Of a DNA stretch of 64,000 nt, positions 20,401 to 28,487 are shown piece after piece. Every line of letters begins with the position of its first letter. The first letter of the stretch is position 1. Source of the DNA: an uncultured Candidatus Rokubacteria bacterium. GTDB taxonomy: Bacteria; Methylomirabilota; Methylomirabilia; Rokubacteriales; CSP1-6. The DNA lies in assembly GCA_963762145.1 (NCBI GenBank), contig CAVXJS010000017.1, positions 32,001 through 96,000 on the forward strand. Direction: 5' to 3'. The translations under genes and the position numbers were made by a program. The notes under the pieces are model-generated. The model did not search any database and was not told the DNA's origin. It saw nothing but the letters and a program-made list of their open reading frames with translations.

Positions 20401-20942
20401 ATGGCGACCGTGAGCCCGCGCTCGGCCTGCAGGCGGCGGCCGTGCTCCGAGAGGGCGCGCTGGATGGCGAGGGCCGCGTGCACCGCGCGGCGGGCGCTGT
20501 CCTCGTGGGCGATGGGCGCCCCGAACAGGGCCATCACCCCGTCGCCGGTGTACTGGTTGATGGTCCCCTCGAAGCGGTGGACCTCGGCGGTGATGAGCTC
20601 GAAGCACGCGTTGACGACGCGGTGTACCTCTTCGGGGTCCAGCTTCTCGGCCAGGCTCGTGAAGCCGGCTATGTCGGCGAAGAGCACCGTCACCTGACGG
20701 CGCTCGCCCTCCAGTGCCGAGCGCGACTTGAGGATCTTCTCGGCCAGGTGTCTCGGCGTATAGCTCCGGGGCGCCGCGGTCGGGGCCTTGGGGCCAACCG
20801 GCTCGCCACACTCCAGGCAGAACTTCGCCGAGCCCGGCAGCTCGGCCTGGCACTTCATGCAGGTGAGGACCAGACGGGCGCCGCACTCCAGGCAGAACTT
20901 GGCCTGGGGCGGATTTTCATGCTGGCATCGTGGACACTGCAT
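17439..20942 (-). CDS. Double zinc ribbon-adenylate/guanylate cyclase-AAA ATPase-TPR protein
   Basis: CPRC/FCLECG repeats, VLFADIAGFT, YTGDGVMALFG, GDTTNLAAR, Walker A GDAGIGKS, LVVEDLHW, FKHA, TPR tail. Confidence 0.93.
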   Translation of the reverse strand: MQCPRCQHENPPQAKFCLECGARLVLTCMKCQAELPGSAKFCLECGEPVGPKAPTAAPRSYTPRHLAEKILKSRSALEGERRQVTVLFADIAGFTSLAEKLDPEEVHRVVNACFELITAEVHRFEGTINQYTGDGVMALFGAPIAHEDSARRAVHAALAIQRALSEHGRRLQAERGLTVAMRIGLNSGPVVVGRIGDDLRMDYTAVGDTTNLAARMQQAARPGTVVVTEATHKAVEGFFETRDLGLLAVKGHEAAHAFEVLRPRGSRSRIDIGQERGLTTFVGRERELALLVDRFREAAAGRGQVVFVAGDAGIGKSRLLYELRRALGDLALPVTWLEGQCVSFGQSIPFLPLVDLLRKSFEIEEFDGEPEIIARVEHGAQGVGELAPHVPFIRYLLSVDPGDPAIAAMDAASRRRSLFAALRALTRREARLRPLVLVVEDLHWMDGGSEEYIGSLIDSMTAVPLMLILTYRVGYTPPFRTRSFQSTISLTTLGESEALAVARGVLGAAELPREVTAALMDKAEGVPLFIEEVAKTLLDIGVLRRDGDRVTLVKGPGEISVPGTIHDIIMARLDRLGDEGKRAVQLASVIGRQFLVRLLRRVAGMGEQMDALLRELQALEIIYDKGLMPEPAYIFKHAVIQDVAYNSLLRDRRRALHQAVGYALEELYPDRLAEHYEELAHHFSQGEDWAKAFDYLVHSGDRARDANASPVALDLYAQAIEAARRVPAISRSRLAEVHQRRCQVLTATQHLEEAHAEANQMLALAREASDRRLEGEALADIAYAHWMALSWDQIATLKPQVEQASDIAREIGDDRLLARCLFILASVDQMEAKLAEGGRKFDEAIRIAHRGGFPGIIVQARAQLDVQHNWQGDFASAITRSRETEAAARAVHDGFNEVLAMSNRAFSHIGRGDYQEALEVLRAGRELARERDNPFIVGRMTNTMGWLYQEFGDFGRAQELDRESADIGHRIKNGNVEISALINIGFDTFHLGDPGRALGLFEETLVRAEKAFGAHRWRWSMHLRFGLALALQALQRDGEAGAQAARGLRQAEETGSKKYVGWFHQVQGDLALRASQPARAVDELQHALDVARRIGYPTLTWQSAHLLARACAADGRPADALSAATLAVETIERMETGAPDPHYRQTLLAWPRVQAVYETLEQLRRHT

Positions 20943-20980
20943 GCGGAGACCTTAGAGTGGCCGCGCGAAGCGGTCAAGGC

Positions 20981-21009
20981 TTGACCTGTGGCGGACAGCC
21001 TCCTATGAT
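20981..21009 (+). promoter_or_regulatory. sigma70-type promoter
   Basis: TTGACC-N17-TATGAT upstream of ATG 21029. Confidence 0.55.
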
Positions 21010-21028
21010 CGTCGCCGGCGTGACATCG

Positions 21029-21577
21029 ATGTCTCATCTGTTCGGCTCCGCTGTGCTGCTCTTGGTCACCTTCCTGGGAATTCCCATGCTGACGACCGCC
21101 GCCGAGGATATCGACATGGCGAAGGTCCGAGCGCTGGCGGCACTTCCGGTGAACGAGATCTCCCGCGATTCCCCCGTGCGCGAGCTGCCCCGCGAGAGCT
21201 ACTGGAAGACCATCCGCGAGAGCCCCGTGCCGGTCGCGGTCATGTTCTATTCCGACGTCGATCCGGAATCGCAAAGGCTGGCAACCCTGGTGCGCTATGT
21301 CGCGATCAAGTACAAGGACAAGGTGGCTATCTATCGCGTGATGGTCGCGGCGAACGGCAAGCCCTCGAAAGCGATCGCGGCCGACTACGAGAAGAGCTAT
21401 AGCCTGGACAAGACTCCGGGCATTCTGTTCTACGACAATGACTCGGGGAAGATGGTCCTGGAGGGCGAACAGTACGTCGACGCGAACTTCAAGGAGTTTC
21501 GCACCCCGAGCCTGCTGCTGTGGAAGGTCTACTACAACGCGGTCTGCAGCTACATCGACAAGAACATCCTCGACTGA
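21029..21577 (+). CDS. Exported thioredoxin-like fold protein lacking CxxC
   Basis: Signal peptide; PVAVMFYS and KTPGILFY resemble the Trx fold; no CxxC. Confidence 0.55.
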   Translation: MSHLFGSAVLLLVTFLGIPMLTTAAEDIDMAKVRALAALPVNEISRDSPVRELPRESYWKTIRESPVPVAVMFYSDVDPESQRLATLVRYVAIKYKDKVAIYRVMVAANGKPSKAIAADYEKSYSLDKTPGILFYDNDSGKMVLEGEQYVDANFKEFRTPSLLLWKVYYNAVCSYIDKNILD

Positions 21578-21579
21578 CC

Positions 21580-22431
21580 ATGGATCGGCCGGAGCCGAGC
21601 GAGGCGAGCGCGGCGGGCGCGGCGTGGACATCCGGAGACGCGGCGAGCGCATGGAAGAGGGGGGCGGCGGCACGTGGCCGGGCCCTGGATCCGATGACCG
21701 AGCTGATGCTCGATCTGGCCGGGGTCACGGTCAGCAGTCACGTGCTCGACCTGGGGGCGGGGACGGGCGACCAGACCATCTTGGCCGCCCGTCGGATCGG
21801 CCCGGGTGGCACGGTGCTGGCGACCGATATCTCCGCGGCCATGCTCGCGCTCACGGAGGAAGCGGCCCGTGCGGCCGGCCTGCCGAACGTTCAGACGCGG
21901 GTGATGGATGCGCAGCGCCTCGACCTCGAGGCCGGCTCGTTTGACGCGGCATTGGCCCGCTTCAGCCTCCAGTTCGTCCCGGACGTCCAGGCGGCGCTGG
22001 CTGAAGTCCGGCGGGTGCTGAAGCCCGGCGGCAGATTCGCGGCGATGGTTTTCTCGGCGGTCGAGCGGAACCCGTTTCGCGCCGTCCCGCAGGCGATCGC
22101 CAGCCGTCTGGCCGGCAAGCCGTTCCCCGAATCTGGTCCCGGACAGTGGGCGCTCAACGATGCGACCACGCTCCGGGGTGCGTTTCAGCAGGCCGTCTTT
22201 CGGGACGTGGACGTCCGGCCGGTGCCGTTCGTCTACCGATTCTCATCGCTCGCCGACGCCGTGCGGAATCTGGAGGAGGCGCAGCCTCCGCTCGTGAAGC
22301 TCATGCACGAGTTGAGCGAGGCTGACCGGGCCACCGCCTGGGCGGAGATCAAGCAGACGCTCCAGCCCTTCGTGGGGCCGGATGGGTTCGCAGCGCCGAG
22401 CGAAGCGTTGATCGCCGTCGGCATCGCCTGA
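21580..22431 (+). CDS. Class I SAM-dependent methyltransferase (UbiE-like)
   Basis: VLDLGAGTG, DISAAML, SFDAA, RVLKPGG. Confidence 0.9.
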   Translation: MDRPEPSEASAAGAAWTSGDAASAWKRGAAARGRALDPMTELMLDLAGVTVSSHVLDLGAGTGDQTILAARRIGPGGTVLATDISAAMLALTEEAARAAGLPNVQTRVMDAQRLDLEAGSFDAALARFSLQFVPDVQAALAEVRRVLKPGGRFAAMVFSAVERNPFRAVPQAIASRLAGKPFPESGPGQWALNDATTLRGAFQQAVFRDVDVRPVPFVYRFSSLADAVRNLEEAQPPLVKLMHELSEADRATAWAEIKQTLQPFVGPDGFAAPSEALIAVGIA

Positions 22432-22509
22432 CAGATTCGAAAGGAAGGGACCGGAAATAGTCAGACCCTTGCTTGCCGAGAGGGGTAGGGCGTGAGCTAG
22501 AATCGGCAC

Positions 22510-22830
22510 GTGGCGCATCGGTACCCGCTCGTATTCGCGATCCTGATCTACCTCACGCTCGATCTGTCGATCCCCGCGATGCCGGGAGCGTTCGAGTTCG
22601 AGTGCGAGGACTCCGCGGAGGGCACGCGGGTGCGCGCTCGGTCTGCCGCCGAGGTCGTGGCCTTGCCCGCGTTGAGCCGCGATCCGGCGTCGGTGTGCGT
22701 ACCATTGCGTCTCGAAGGTGATGAACGGCCCACACCGCACGTGTCGGCTCAGCGGCGGGTGCGGCGCCTCGTCAGCTGGGATTCGCAGGCGCGGTACGAG
22801 ATCCCGCTGTCCTCCGAAGACCCCCACTAG
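22510..22830 (+). CDS. Hypothetical protein with N-terminal TM, ending SEDPH
   Basis: 106-aa ORF after a TAGAAT -10-like hexamer; hydrophobic N-terminus followed by LDLS.PAMPGAF. Confidence 0.5.
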   Translation: MAHRYPLVFAILIYLTLDLSIPAMPGAFEFECEDSAEGTRVRARSAAEVVALPALSRDPASVCVPLRLEGDERPTPHVSAQRRVRRLVSWDSQARYEIPLSSEDPH

Positions 22831-22853
22831 TCTCTCCCGCACGGTTTGGTGTC

Positions 22854-22878
22854 GGGCGACCCCTTGGCGGGGTCGCCT
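22854..22878 (+). other. GC-rich hairpin (possible terminator/attenuator)
   Basis: GGCGACCCC-TTGGC-GGGGTCGCC, a 9-bp perfect stem between two co-oriented genes; no U-tract. Confidence 0.4.
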
Positions 22879-22910
22879 GTCCTGATCACTCCGGATACGA
22901 GGAGGCGACC

Positions 22911-23252
22911 ATGCCGAAAGTCGGACGCTTCGTCACCGATCCCCGGGCCGGCGCGTACTGTCAGATCACGCTCGACAGCGGCGAGAAGGTCGTCGTCAAC
23001 CACGAGAAGGGCGGCTTCAAGGGCGGTCCGCTGACGATCGAGGTCTCGAGGCTCATGGGCCTCCGCTCCGATCGGGTCTTCGCCTGCGACCTGGATACGC
23101 CACCGGGTCAGCGGGTGCTGGCCTGGCTGACTCGGGGCGCCGAGCCCGGCAGCATCGCCGCGACGCCGCTGGGGGCCGCGGTCGAGTTCGTCACGGACGC
23201 CGGGACGCTCGCCGAGCTGAGGGCGCGGTGCGCGGCGCTGGCGGCCGGCTGA
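22911..23252 (+). CDS. Hypothetical protein
   Basis: GAGGAGG RBS, 113 aa, coding-like composition. Confidence 0.7.
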   Translation: MPKVGRFVTDPRAGAYCQITLDSGEKVVVNHEKGGFKGGPLTIEVSRLMGLRSDRVFACDLDTPPGQRVLAWLTRGAEPGSIAATPLGAAVEFVTDAGTLAELRARCAALAAG

Positions 23253-23354
23253 CGGTCGCGGGGAGCGTCAGGGGACCCGTGTCGAAACGGCGCCGGCCCG
23301 GACGACTACGTGATGACCTGTGACGATCTCCAACCAAGCCAAGGAGGCACTGAC

Positions 23355-23800
23355 ATGTCGACGGTACGTTTACACCGCTTTCTCAAGGCGCCGCCGGAGC
23401 GGGTGTACAAGGCCTTCCTCGACCCCGAGGCGAAGGCGAAGTGGCTGCCGCCGCACGGTTTCACGGGGAAGGTGCACCGGATGGATGCGAGGGTGGGCGG
23501 CGGCTACAAGATGAGCTTCACGAACTTCGGCACGGGCCAGACCACAGCTTCGGCGGCACGTATGTCGAGCTGACGCCGCATGAGCGGATCCGCTACACGG
23601 ACCAGTTCGACGATCCGAACCTGCCCGGCCAGATGCAGGTCACCCTCGAGCTCAAGGCGGTCATGACGGGGACGGAGCTGAGCATCGTGCAGGAAGGCCT
23701 GCCGCCCCAGATCCCCGTGGAGTTCGCGTACCTGGGCTGGCAGGAGTCCCTGACGCTTCTGGCCTACCTCGTGGAGCCGGAGATCCCCGCGACCCCTTGA
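23355..23800 (+). CDS. SRPBCC/AHSA1 family protein (frameshift near 23540)
   Basis: LKAPPERVYKAFLDP..KWLPP, continuing in another frame as HSFGGTYVELTPHERIRYTDQFDDP...GWQESL; AAGGAGG RBS. Confidence 0.88.
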
Positions 23801-23967
23801 TGACGCAGCAGGCCGGTCTGTAGCTGCGGACCGTGTCAATTTTTGGCTCAGCCCTGACACTTCGGGGGTGGTCACGCCTGCCCGCGTCTCCTATCGGTGG
23901 GAAGAGACAGGGGTTTTCCCTGGCGTGACCTTTGCTCCTGTCACCTTGGCTGGAGAGGTGACGGGGA

Positions 23968-24672
23968 ATGCCGAAGTTGACCCTGGTGAAGGAACGCAAG
24001 CCCCTGCGGGTGTTCGATGTGAACTCGTCCATCATCAACATCGGGCGCGCGGAGGACATGCAGCTGATGATCGACGACGCCTCCGTTTCTCGCCGGCAGG
24101 CCCAGATCCGCTTTGGCGCTCAGGGCAGCTGGACGATCGGAGATCTCGGCTCGATCAACGGCACCTTCCTGAACGGGCAGCGCGTGACATCAACGCAGCC
24201 ACTCAAGCGCGGCGACGAGATCTCGTTCGGCAAGTTCTCGTTGTTCTTCGACGGCGCCATCACCGAGCCGGCGAAGCCTGAGGCGGTGGCGGCGCCGAAG
24301 CCAGGAGGGGCGCTCACCGACACGGTGTACATGAGCGCCGAGGAGGCGGAGCGCCTGCGTCGCGCGGTGGCCCAGCAACGGCGCGCCCAGCTCCGGTGGG
24401 AGGCCAAGGGCCAGGACGGGACCTTCTTTCTGAAGGGCGGGGGCGCCCTGGTCGGGCGTAGCCCGCTGTGTGATCTTCAGGTGGCCGCCGGTCCAAAGCA
24501 GCATCTGCTCGTCCTGCGGACCCAGTTCGGGTTCGACGTGCGCAATCTCTCGTGGTGGTATCGCATGAAGGTCAACGGGTGGGCCCTGGAGCAGTCGACG
24601 CTCGAGAGCGGAGACGTGATCGAGATCGGCGGACTGCGCGTGACATTCCTCGACGAGCTCGTGGGGGCGTGA
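23968..24672 (+). CDS. FHA domain protein (second degenerate FHA at C-terminus)
   Basis: IGR, VSRRQA, DLGSINGTFLNG; second repeat VGRS...VNG...GDVIEIG. Confidence 0.88.
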   Translation: MPKLTLVKERKPLRVFDVNSSIINIGRAEDMQLMIDDASVSRRQAQIRFGAQGSWTIGDLGSINGTFLNGQRVTSTQPLKRGDEISFGKFSLFFDGAITEPAKPEAVAAPKPGGALTDTVYMSAEEAERLRRAVAQQRRAQLRWEAKGQDGTFFLKGGGALVGRSPLCDLQVAAGPKQHLLVLRTQFGFDVRNLSWWYRMKVNGWALEQSTLESGDVIEIGGLRVTFLDELVGA

Positions 24673-24679
24673 GGTCACG

Positions 24680-26149
24680 GTGCCCGACGTGGTCGTCGAT
24701 CGAATCAACCGTTACGAGATTCTGGCCGAGCTCGGTCGGGGCGCAACCGGTGTCGTGTACTGGGCCCACGATCCGGAGCTCGATCGACTCGTCGCCATCA
24801 AGACCCTTCGGCCCGCCCCCGAGCTGCCGGCGGAGCAATCCGGGATGCTTCAGCGGCGGCTGCGGAGCGAGGCGGCCGCCGTGGCGCGCCTCAATCACCC
24901 GAACATCGTCGCCATCCACGACATGGTCATCTGGCAACAGACGCCGTGCGTGGTCATGGAATACGTCGAGGGATGCACGCTGGCGAGTCTCATCATGGAA
25001 GGCCCCCTGGCGCCGGGGCGGGCCATTCACATCGCCCTCCAGGTGTGTGACGCGCTGGAATACGCCCACGCGCTCGGCGTGGTGCACCGGGACATCAAGC
25101 CGGGGAACATCCTGGTGAGCGCCACCGGTGTGGCGAAGCTCGGAGACTTCAGCATGGCGCCGCGGACCGGCCAGGACGGCGAGGCCGCGGCCCTGGTGGG
25201 GACGCCGGGCTACATGGCGCCCGAGTCGGTCATGGACGGGGCCACGGACACGCGGAGTGACCTGTTCTCGCTCGGCGTCGTGCTCTACGAAGCGGTGGCC
25301 GGAGTGCGCGCGTTCCCCGGTGTGGATCTGGCGTCGGTGCTCTATGACATCGCGCACGTCGAGCCCGCATCGCCGCGAGAGTACAACGCCGCGGTCACTC
25401 CTGCGCTCGCGGCCGTCATCCGGCAGGCCATGGGCAAACAGCCTGGCAGCCGGTACGCGAGCGCCCGGTTGCTCGCGCAGGCTCTCCTCGCGGCGCGCGA
25501 TGGCGGGGACGCGGCCCCGCGCCCCGGAGCGCGCTGGCCGGGTTGGCGATCGCTGATCGTCGCGCTGGTGGGCCTGGCGATCGCCGGGAGCTCGGTCGGG
25601 ATGCTGGAGGTCCGACCGCGTGTCGAGCCGCCGGCCCAGGTGCCGGCCATGACCGTCACGGCGGCCGACGTCTCGGCTCGTCCGAAACGGGCGGGGCTGG
25701 ATGAGACTCGCCGGCCGGTCGAGGTGAGCACCAGGGCGTCGGACGCGCCGGGCGCGATTCCACGTGCGGCGATTCCACGTCCGGAGAGGACTGGCCGCCG
25801 CGCTGTCGTCTCCCGTGCGCCTGAGGGGGGCCAGGCCGCGAGTCGCCCGGAGGGCTCGGTGCCGCTGCCTCGAGCCAGCGAGGCGGCCGAGACCGCGGCG
25901 TCGCCGCCGCAACGCCTTGGCTGCCTCAGCGTGAATGCGGTCCCCTTTGCCACCGTCCTGGTCGACGGCCAGGTGGCGGGGGAGACGCCCGAGGCATGTC
26001 TGCGGGTGAAGGTCGGGGAGCACCGGGTCCAGCTGCAGCAGGACGGCGATCGGAGCCCGGAGCGCGTGGTGCGGGTCGGCGAGCAGCACACGGCAGAGAA
26101 CCCCGTGCGGCTGAGCTTTGATTTCAGGTCGCGGCGGTTCGGAGAGTGA
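24680..26149 (+). CDS. Membrane Ser/Thr protein kinase with PEGA-like C-terminal domain
   Basis: LGRGATG, VAIK, HRDIKPGN, GTPGYMAPE, SDLFSLG; TM; LSVNAVPFATVLVDG..GETP. DFG reads DFS. Confidence 0.92.
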   Translation: MPDVVVDRINRYEILAELGRGATGVVYWAHDPELDRLVAIKTLRPAPELPAEQSGMLQRRLRSEAAAVARLNHPNIVAIHDMVIWQQTPCVVMEYVEGCTLASLIMEGPLAPGRAIHIALQVCDALEYAHALGVVHRDIKPGNILVSATGVAKLGDFSMAPRTGQDGEAAALVGTPGYMAPESVMDGATDTRSDLFSLGVVLYEAVAGVRAFPGVDLASVLYDIAHVEPASPREYNAAVTPALAAVIRQAMGKQPGSRYASARLLAQALLAARDGGDAAPRPGARWPGWRSLIVALVGLAIAGSSVGMLEVRPRVEPPAQVPAMTVTAADVSARPKRAGLDETRRPVEVSTRASDAPGAIPRAAIPRPERTGRRAVVSRAPEGGQAASRPEGSVPLPRASEAAETAASPPQRLGCLSVNAVPFATVLVDGQVAGETPEACLRVKVGEHRVQLQQDGDRSPERVVRVGEQHTAENPVRLSFDFRSRRFGE

Positions 26150-26862
26150 GGATCACGATGAGCTGGAGCGCCAGGCATATCGGGCTGATCGCAGGGATGT
26201 GCAGCCTCGCGGTCTCGGGGTGCGCCACGCTGGACCAGACGGCGGAAAGCGTGGGGACGCCGATGAGGTACGCGTGGGCGGGGGCGGATAGCGGACTCCG
26301 CGCGAATCTGCAGCAGGGCTTGACCCAGCTCGAAGCCGCGGATGCCCAGGGGGCGATGCGCTCGCTGAACCGGGCCGTCTGGGATCTGCAGCGGATCCAG
26401 GATCGCGGACTGCGCATGGATGAGCTCGCGCGGGCCCACCGGGCGATAGGGGATGTCTACTCTCGCGTGCAGAAGCCGACCTGGGCGGAGGACGAGTGGA
26501 AGCTGGCGGCGACATTCGCCGCACGGTCTCGTCAGGCGGCCGTGGCGGGAGACGAACCCTCGCCGCTCGATCGAGGCAAGGCGGCGTATATGTCTGCGCA
26601 GTTCCGCGACTCGGTGTCGTGGCTTCAGCGCGCGCTGGTCGACCTCGAAGAGGCGAACGACCTCGTGGCACGCGTGAAGCGCCTCGAGGAGACGCGCTGC
26701 TACCTCGGCTTCGCCTACGTCGCTCTCGGTCAAGAGGAGCGGGCCAAGGAGGAGTTCCAGCGCCTGGTGGCACTGGATGCGGCCGCGACGTTCTGCTCGT
26801 GCGCGGCGGCGCCAAAGATTCGCCGACTGATCGTCGAGGTGCAGCGGAGCATGCCGCGGTGA
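26146..26862 (+). CDS. TPR-like lipoprotein
   Basis: Lipobox VSGC; helical repeats (YLGFAYVALGQEERAKEEFQR). Confidence 0.7.
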   Translation: MRITMSWSARHIGLIAGMCSLAVSGCATLDQTAESVGTPMRYAWAGADSGLRANLQQGLTQLEAADAQGAMRSLNRAVWDLQRIQDRGLRMDELARAHRAIGDVYSRVQKPTWAEDEWKLAATFAARSRQAAVAGDEPSPLDRGKAAYMSAQFRDSVSWLQRALVDLEEANDLVARVKRLEETRCYLGFAYVALGQEERAKEEFQRLVALDAAATFCSCAAAPKIRRLIVEVQRSMPR

Positions 26863-27596
26863 AGGTCGAGGTGTTCGGCAAGACGGATCGAGGCCGCGCG
26901 CGCCCGGACAACGAGGACGCCTTCCTCGTCGCGGATCTGACCGACTCGTGCGCGCTCCGGCAGTCCATCGTCCTGGAGCGAAAGGTGGGCGAGTGCGGTG
27001 TCCTCCTGGTGGTGGCGGATGGGATGGGCGGGATGGCGGCCGGTGAGGTGGCGAGCGACATGGCGACGCACACCATCTACACGCATCTGACCGAGCCGAC
27101 GCGCGCGAAGGCAACCGAGCCCAGGCTGTTCGCGGAGCGGCTCCAGGAAGCGCTCGAGACGGCCAACGGCGATATCCACGGCTACGCCCTGGCGCACCCC
27201 GAGCTGCGCGGGATGGGCACGACCGCGACCGCGGCGGGCTTCCTGGGCGACTCGGTGTACGTCGCGCACGTGGGCGACAGTCGAGCGTACCTGGTCCGTG
27301 ATCGGCGCATTCGCCAGCTGACGCAGGATCAATCGCTTGCCCAGCACGTGATCCTGCAGGCCCTCGGGCCCGCCACGGACGTGCGCGTCGCCATGACCCA
27401 TCAGCGGGTGCAGCGCGCGGACATCCTGGTCCTCTGCTCCGATGGTCTGTCGAATGCGGTGTCGAGCGATGAGATCGCGGACGTCGTGTCGGGGGAAGCC
27501 GAGGTCTCTGCCGCGTGTGACCGTCTCGTGGCCCTGGCCAATGAACGGGGCGGGGCCGACAACATCACGATCATCCTCGCTCGGGTCGCGCGGTAA
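26859..27596 (+). CDS. PP2C/PPM family Ser/Thr phosphatase
   Basis: GTG start overlapping the previous stop; NEDAF, VADGMGG, MGTT, HVGDSRAY, LCSDGL, GADNIT. Confidence 0.92.
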   Translation: MKVEVFGKTDRGRARPDNEDAFLVADLTDSCALRQSIVLERKVGECGVLLVVADGMGGMAAGEVASDMATHTIYTHLTEPTRAKATEPRLFAERLQEALETANGDIHGYALAHPELRGMGTTATAAGFLGDSVYVAHVGDSRAYLVRDRRIRQLTQDQSLAQHVILQALGPATDVRVAMTHQRVQRADILVLCSDGLSNAVSSDEIADVVSGEAEVSAACDRLVALANERGGADNITIILARVAR

Positions 27597-27605
27597 CGAT
27601 CGCGG

Positions 27606-28436
27606 TCACACGCGAAGTCGGCGCTTCAAGATCCGAAGCCCGTTGTCCAGCGGGGCGACCAACCGGGCCAGGAAGCGGCCGACGCGACCCATCTCTCGGT
27701 ACTTGGCCGCTTCCTGCTCCAGCCGCCGACACTGTCCGTCGAGGAGCGTCTCCGCGTGGGTGACGTAGTTATCCATGATGTTGGCCGGAATGCTCACGGT
27801 AGAAAGCAGAGAGGCGGCGTCTTCCGAGCGCACGTAAAAGCGATTGACACCATCAAAGAGCCCGAACCGATAGTCCGCCGCGACCAGCAAGTCTTCCCAT
27901 AGCTGATGCGTGGGCTCGGGGGACCACGGCTTGGTCGCTTCGATGACCAGGATGCGAGGTCTCCACGTTCGAAAGTCGGCCCCGAGCAGCACCGCCCGCT
28001 CGTGCCCTTCCACGTCGATGGACAGGAAGTCGATCGTGCGCTCACCGACGTGCCGCTCGCACAGCTCGGCGAGGGTTAGCAGCGGAACATCGTAGGAGAC
28101 CGCGGTGTGGCCCTTGTGCTGATATTCGAGGGCCTGTTTCCGGGAGAAGGTCGACAGCGCGACATCCTCCTTGATCTCGTAGAAGGTCGTCTCCCCGATC
28201 CGGTCCGAGATACCCGCGCAAACAAGAACGTCTCGCGGGCGCAGCGGTCGGAAGACCTCGGCGCGAGACGGGATGGGCTCGACGTTGACGCCGCACCATC
28301 CGCGATCGCTGAAATACTTGGTGTTCGACCCGAAAACCGGATGACAGGCTCCGATGTCGATGAAGAAGCCGGTCTCCTGTTCGGCGAACGCCCGGCGCAG
28401 AACGACGTCCTCGCGATTTGACCCGTACGAGACCAT
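27606..28436 (-). CDS. FkbM family methyltransferase
   Basis: FFIDIGA, SNT, GVNVEP, IDFLSIDVEGHE, PRILVIE. Confidence 0.9.
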   Translation of the reverse strand: MVSYGSNREDVVLRRAFAEQETGFFIDIGACHPVFGSNTKYFSDRGWCGVNVEPIPSRAEVFRPLRPRDVLVCAGISDRIGETTFYEIKEDVALSTFSRKQALEYQHKGHTAVSYDVPLLTLAELCERHVGERTIDFLSIDVEGHERAVLLGADFRTWRPRILVIEATKPWSPEPTHQLWEDLLVAADYRFGLFDGVNRFYVRSEDAASLLSTVSIPANIMDNYVTHAETLLDGQCRRLEQEAAKYREMGRVGRFLARLVAPLDNGLRILKRRLRV

Positions 28437-28487
28437 TCGCTCGAGCAAGGCGCTCTCGCTCTAGTTCGGCTGGTTTGCCGTGCCGCG

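Noticed and set aside
14520-22846. GTCTCTCCCGC(C)ACGGTT at 14520 and 22830
   Set aside because: Only two ~17-bp copies in different contexts; cannot be distinguished from chance.
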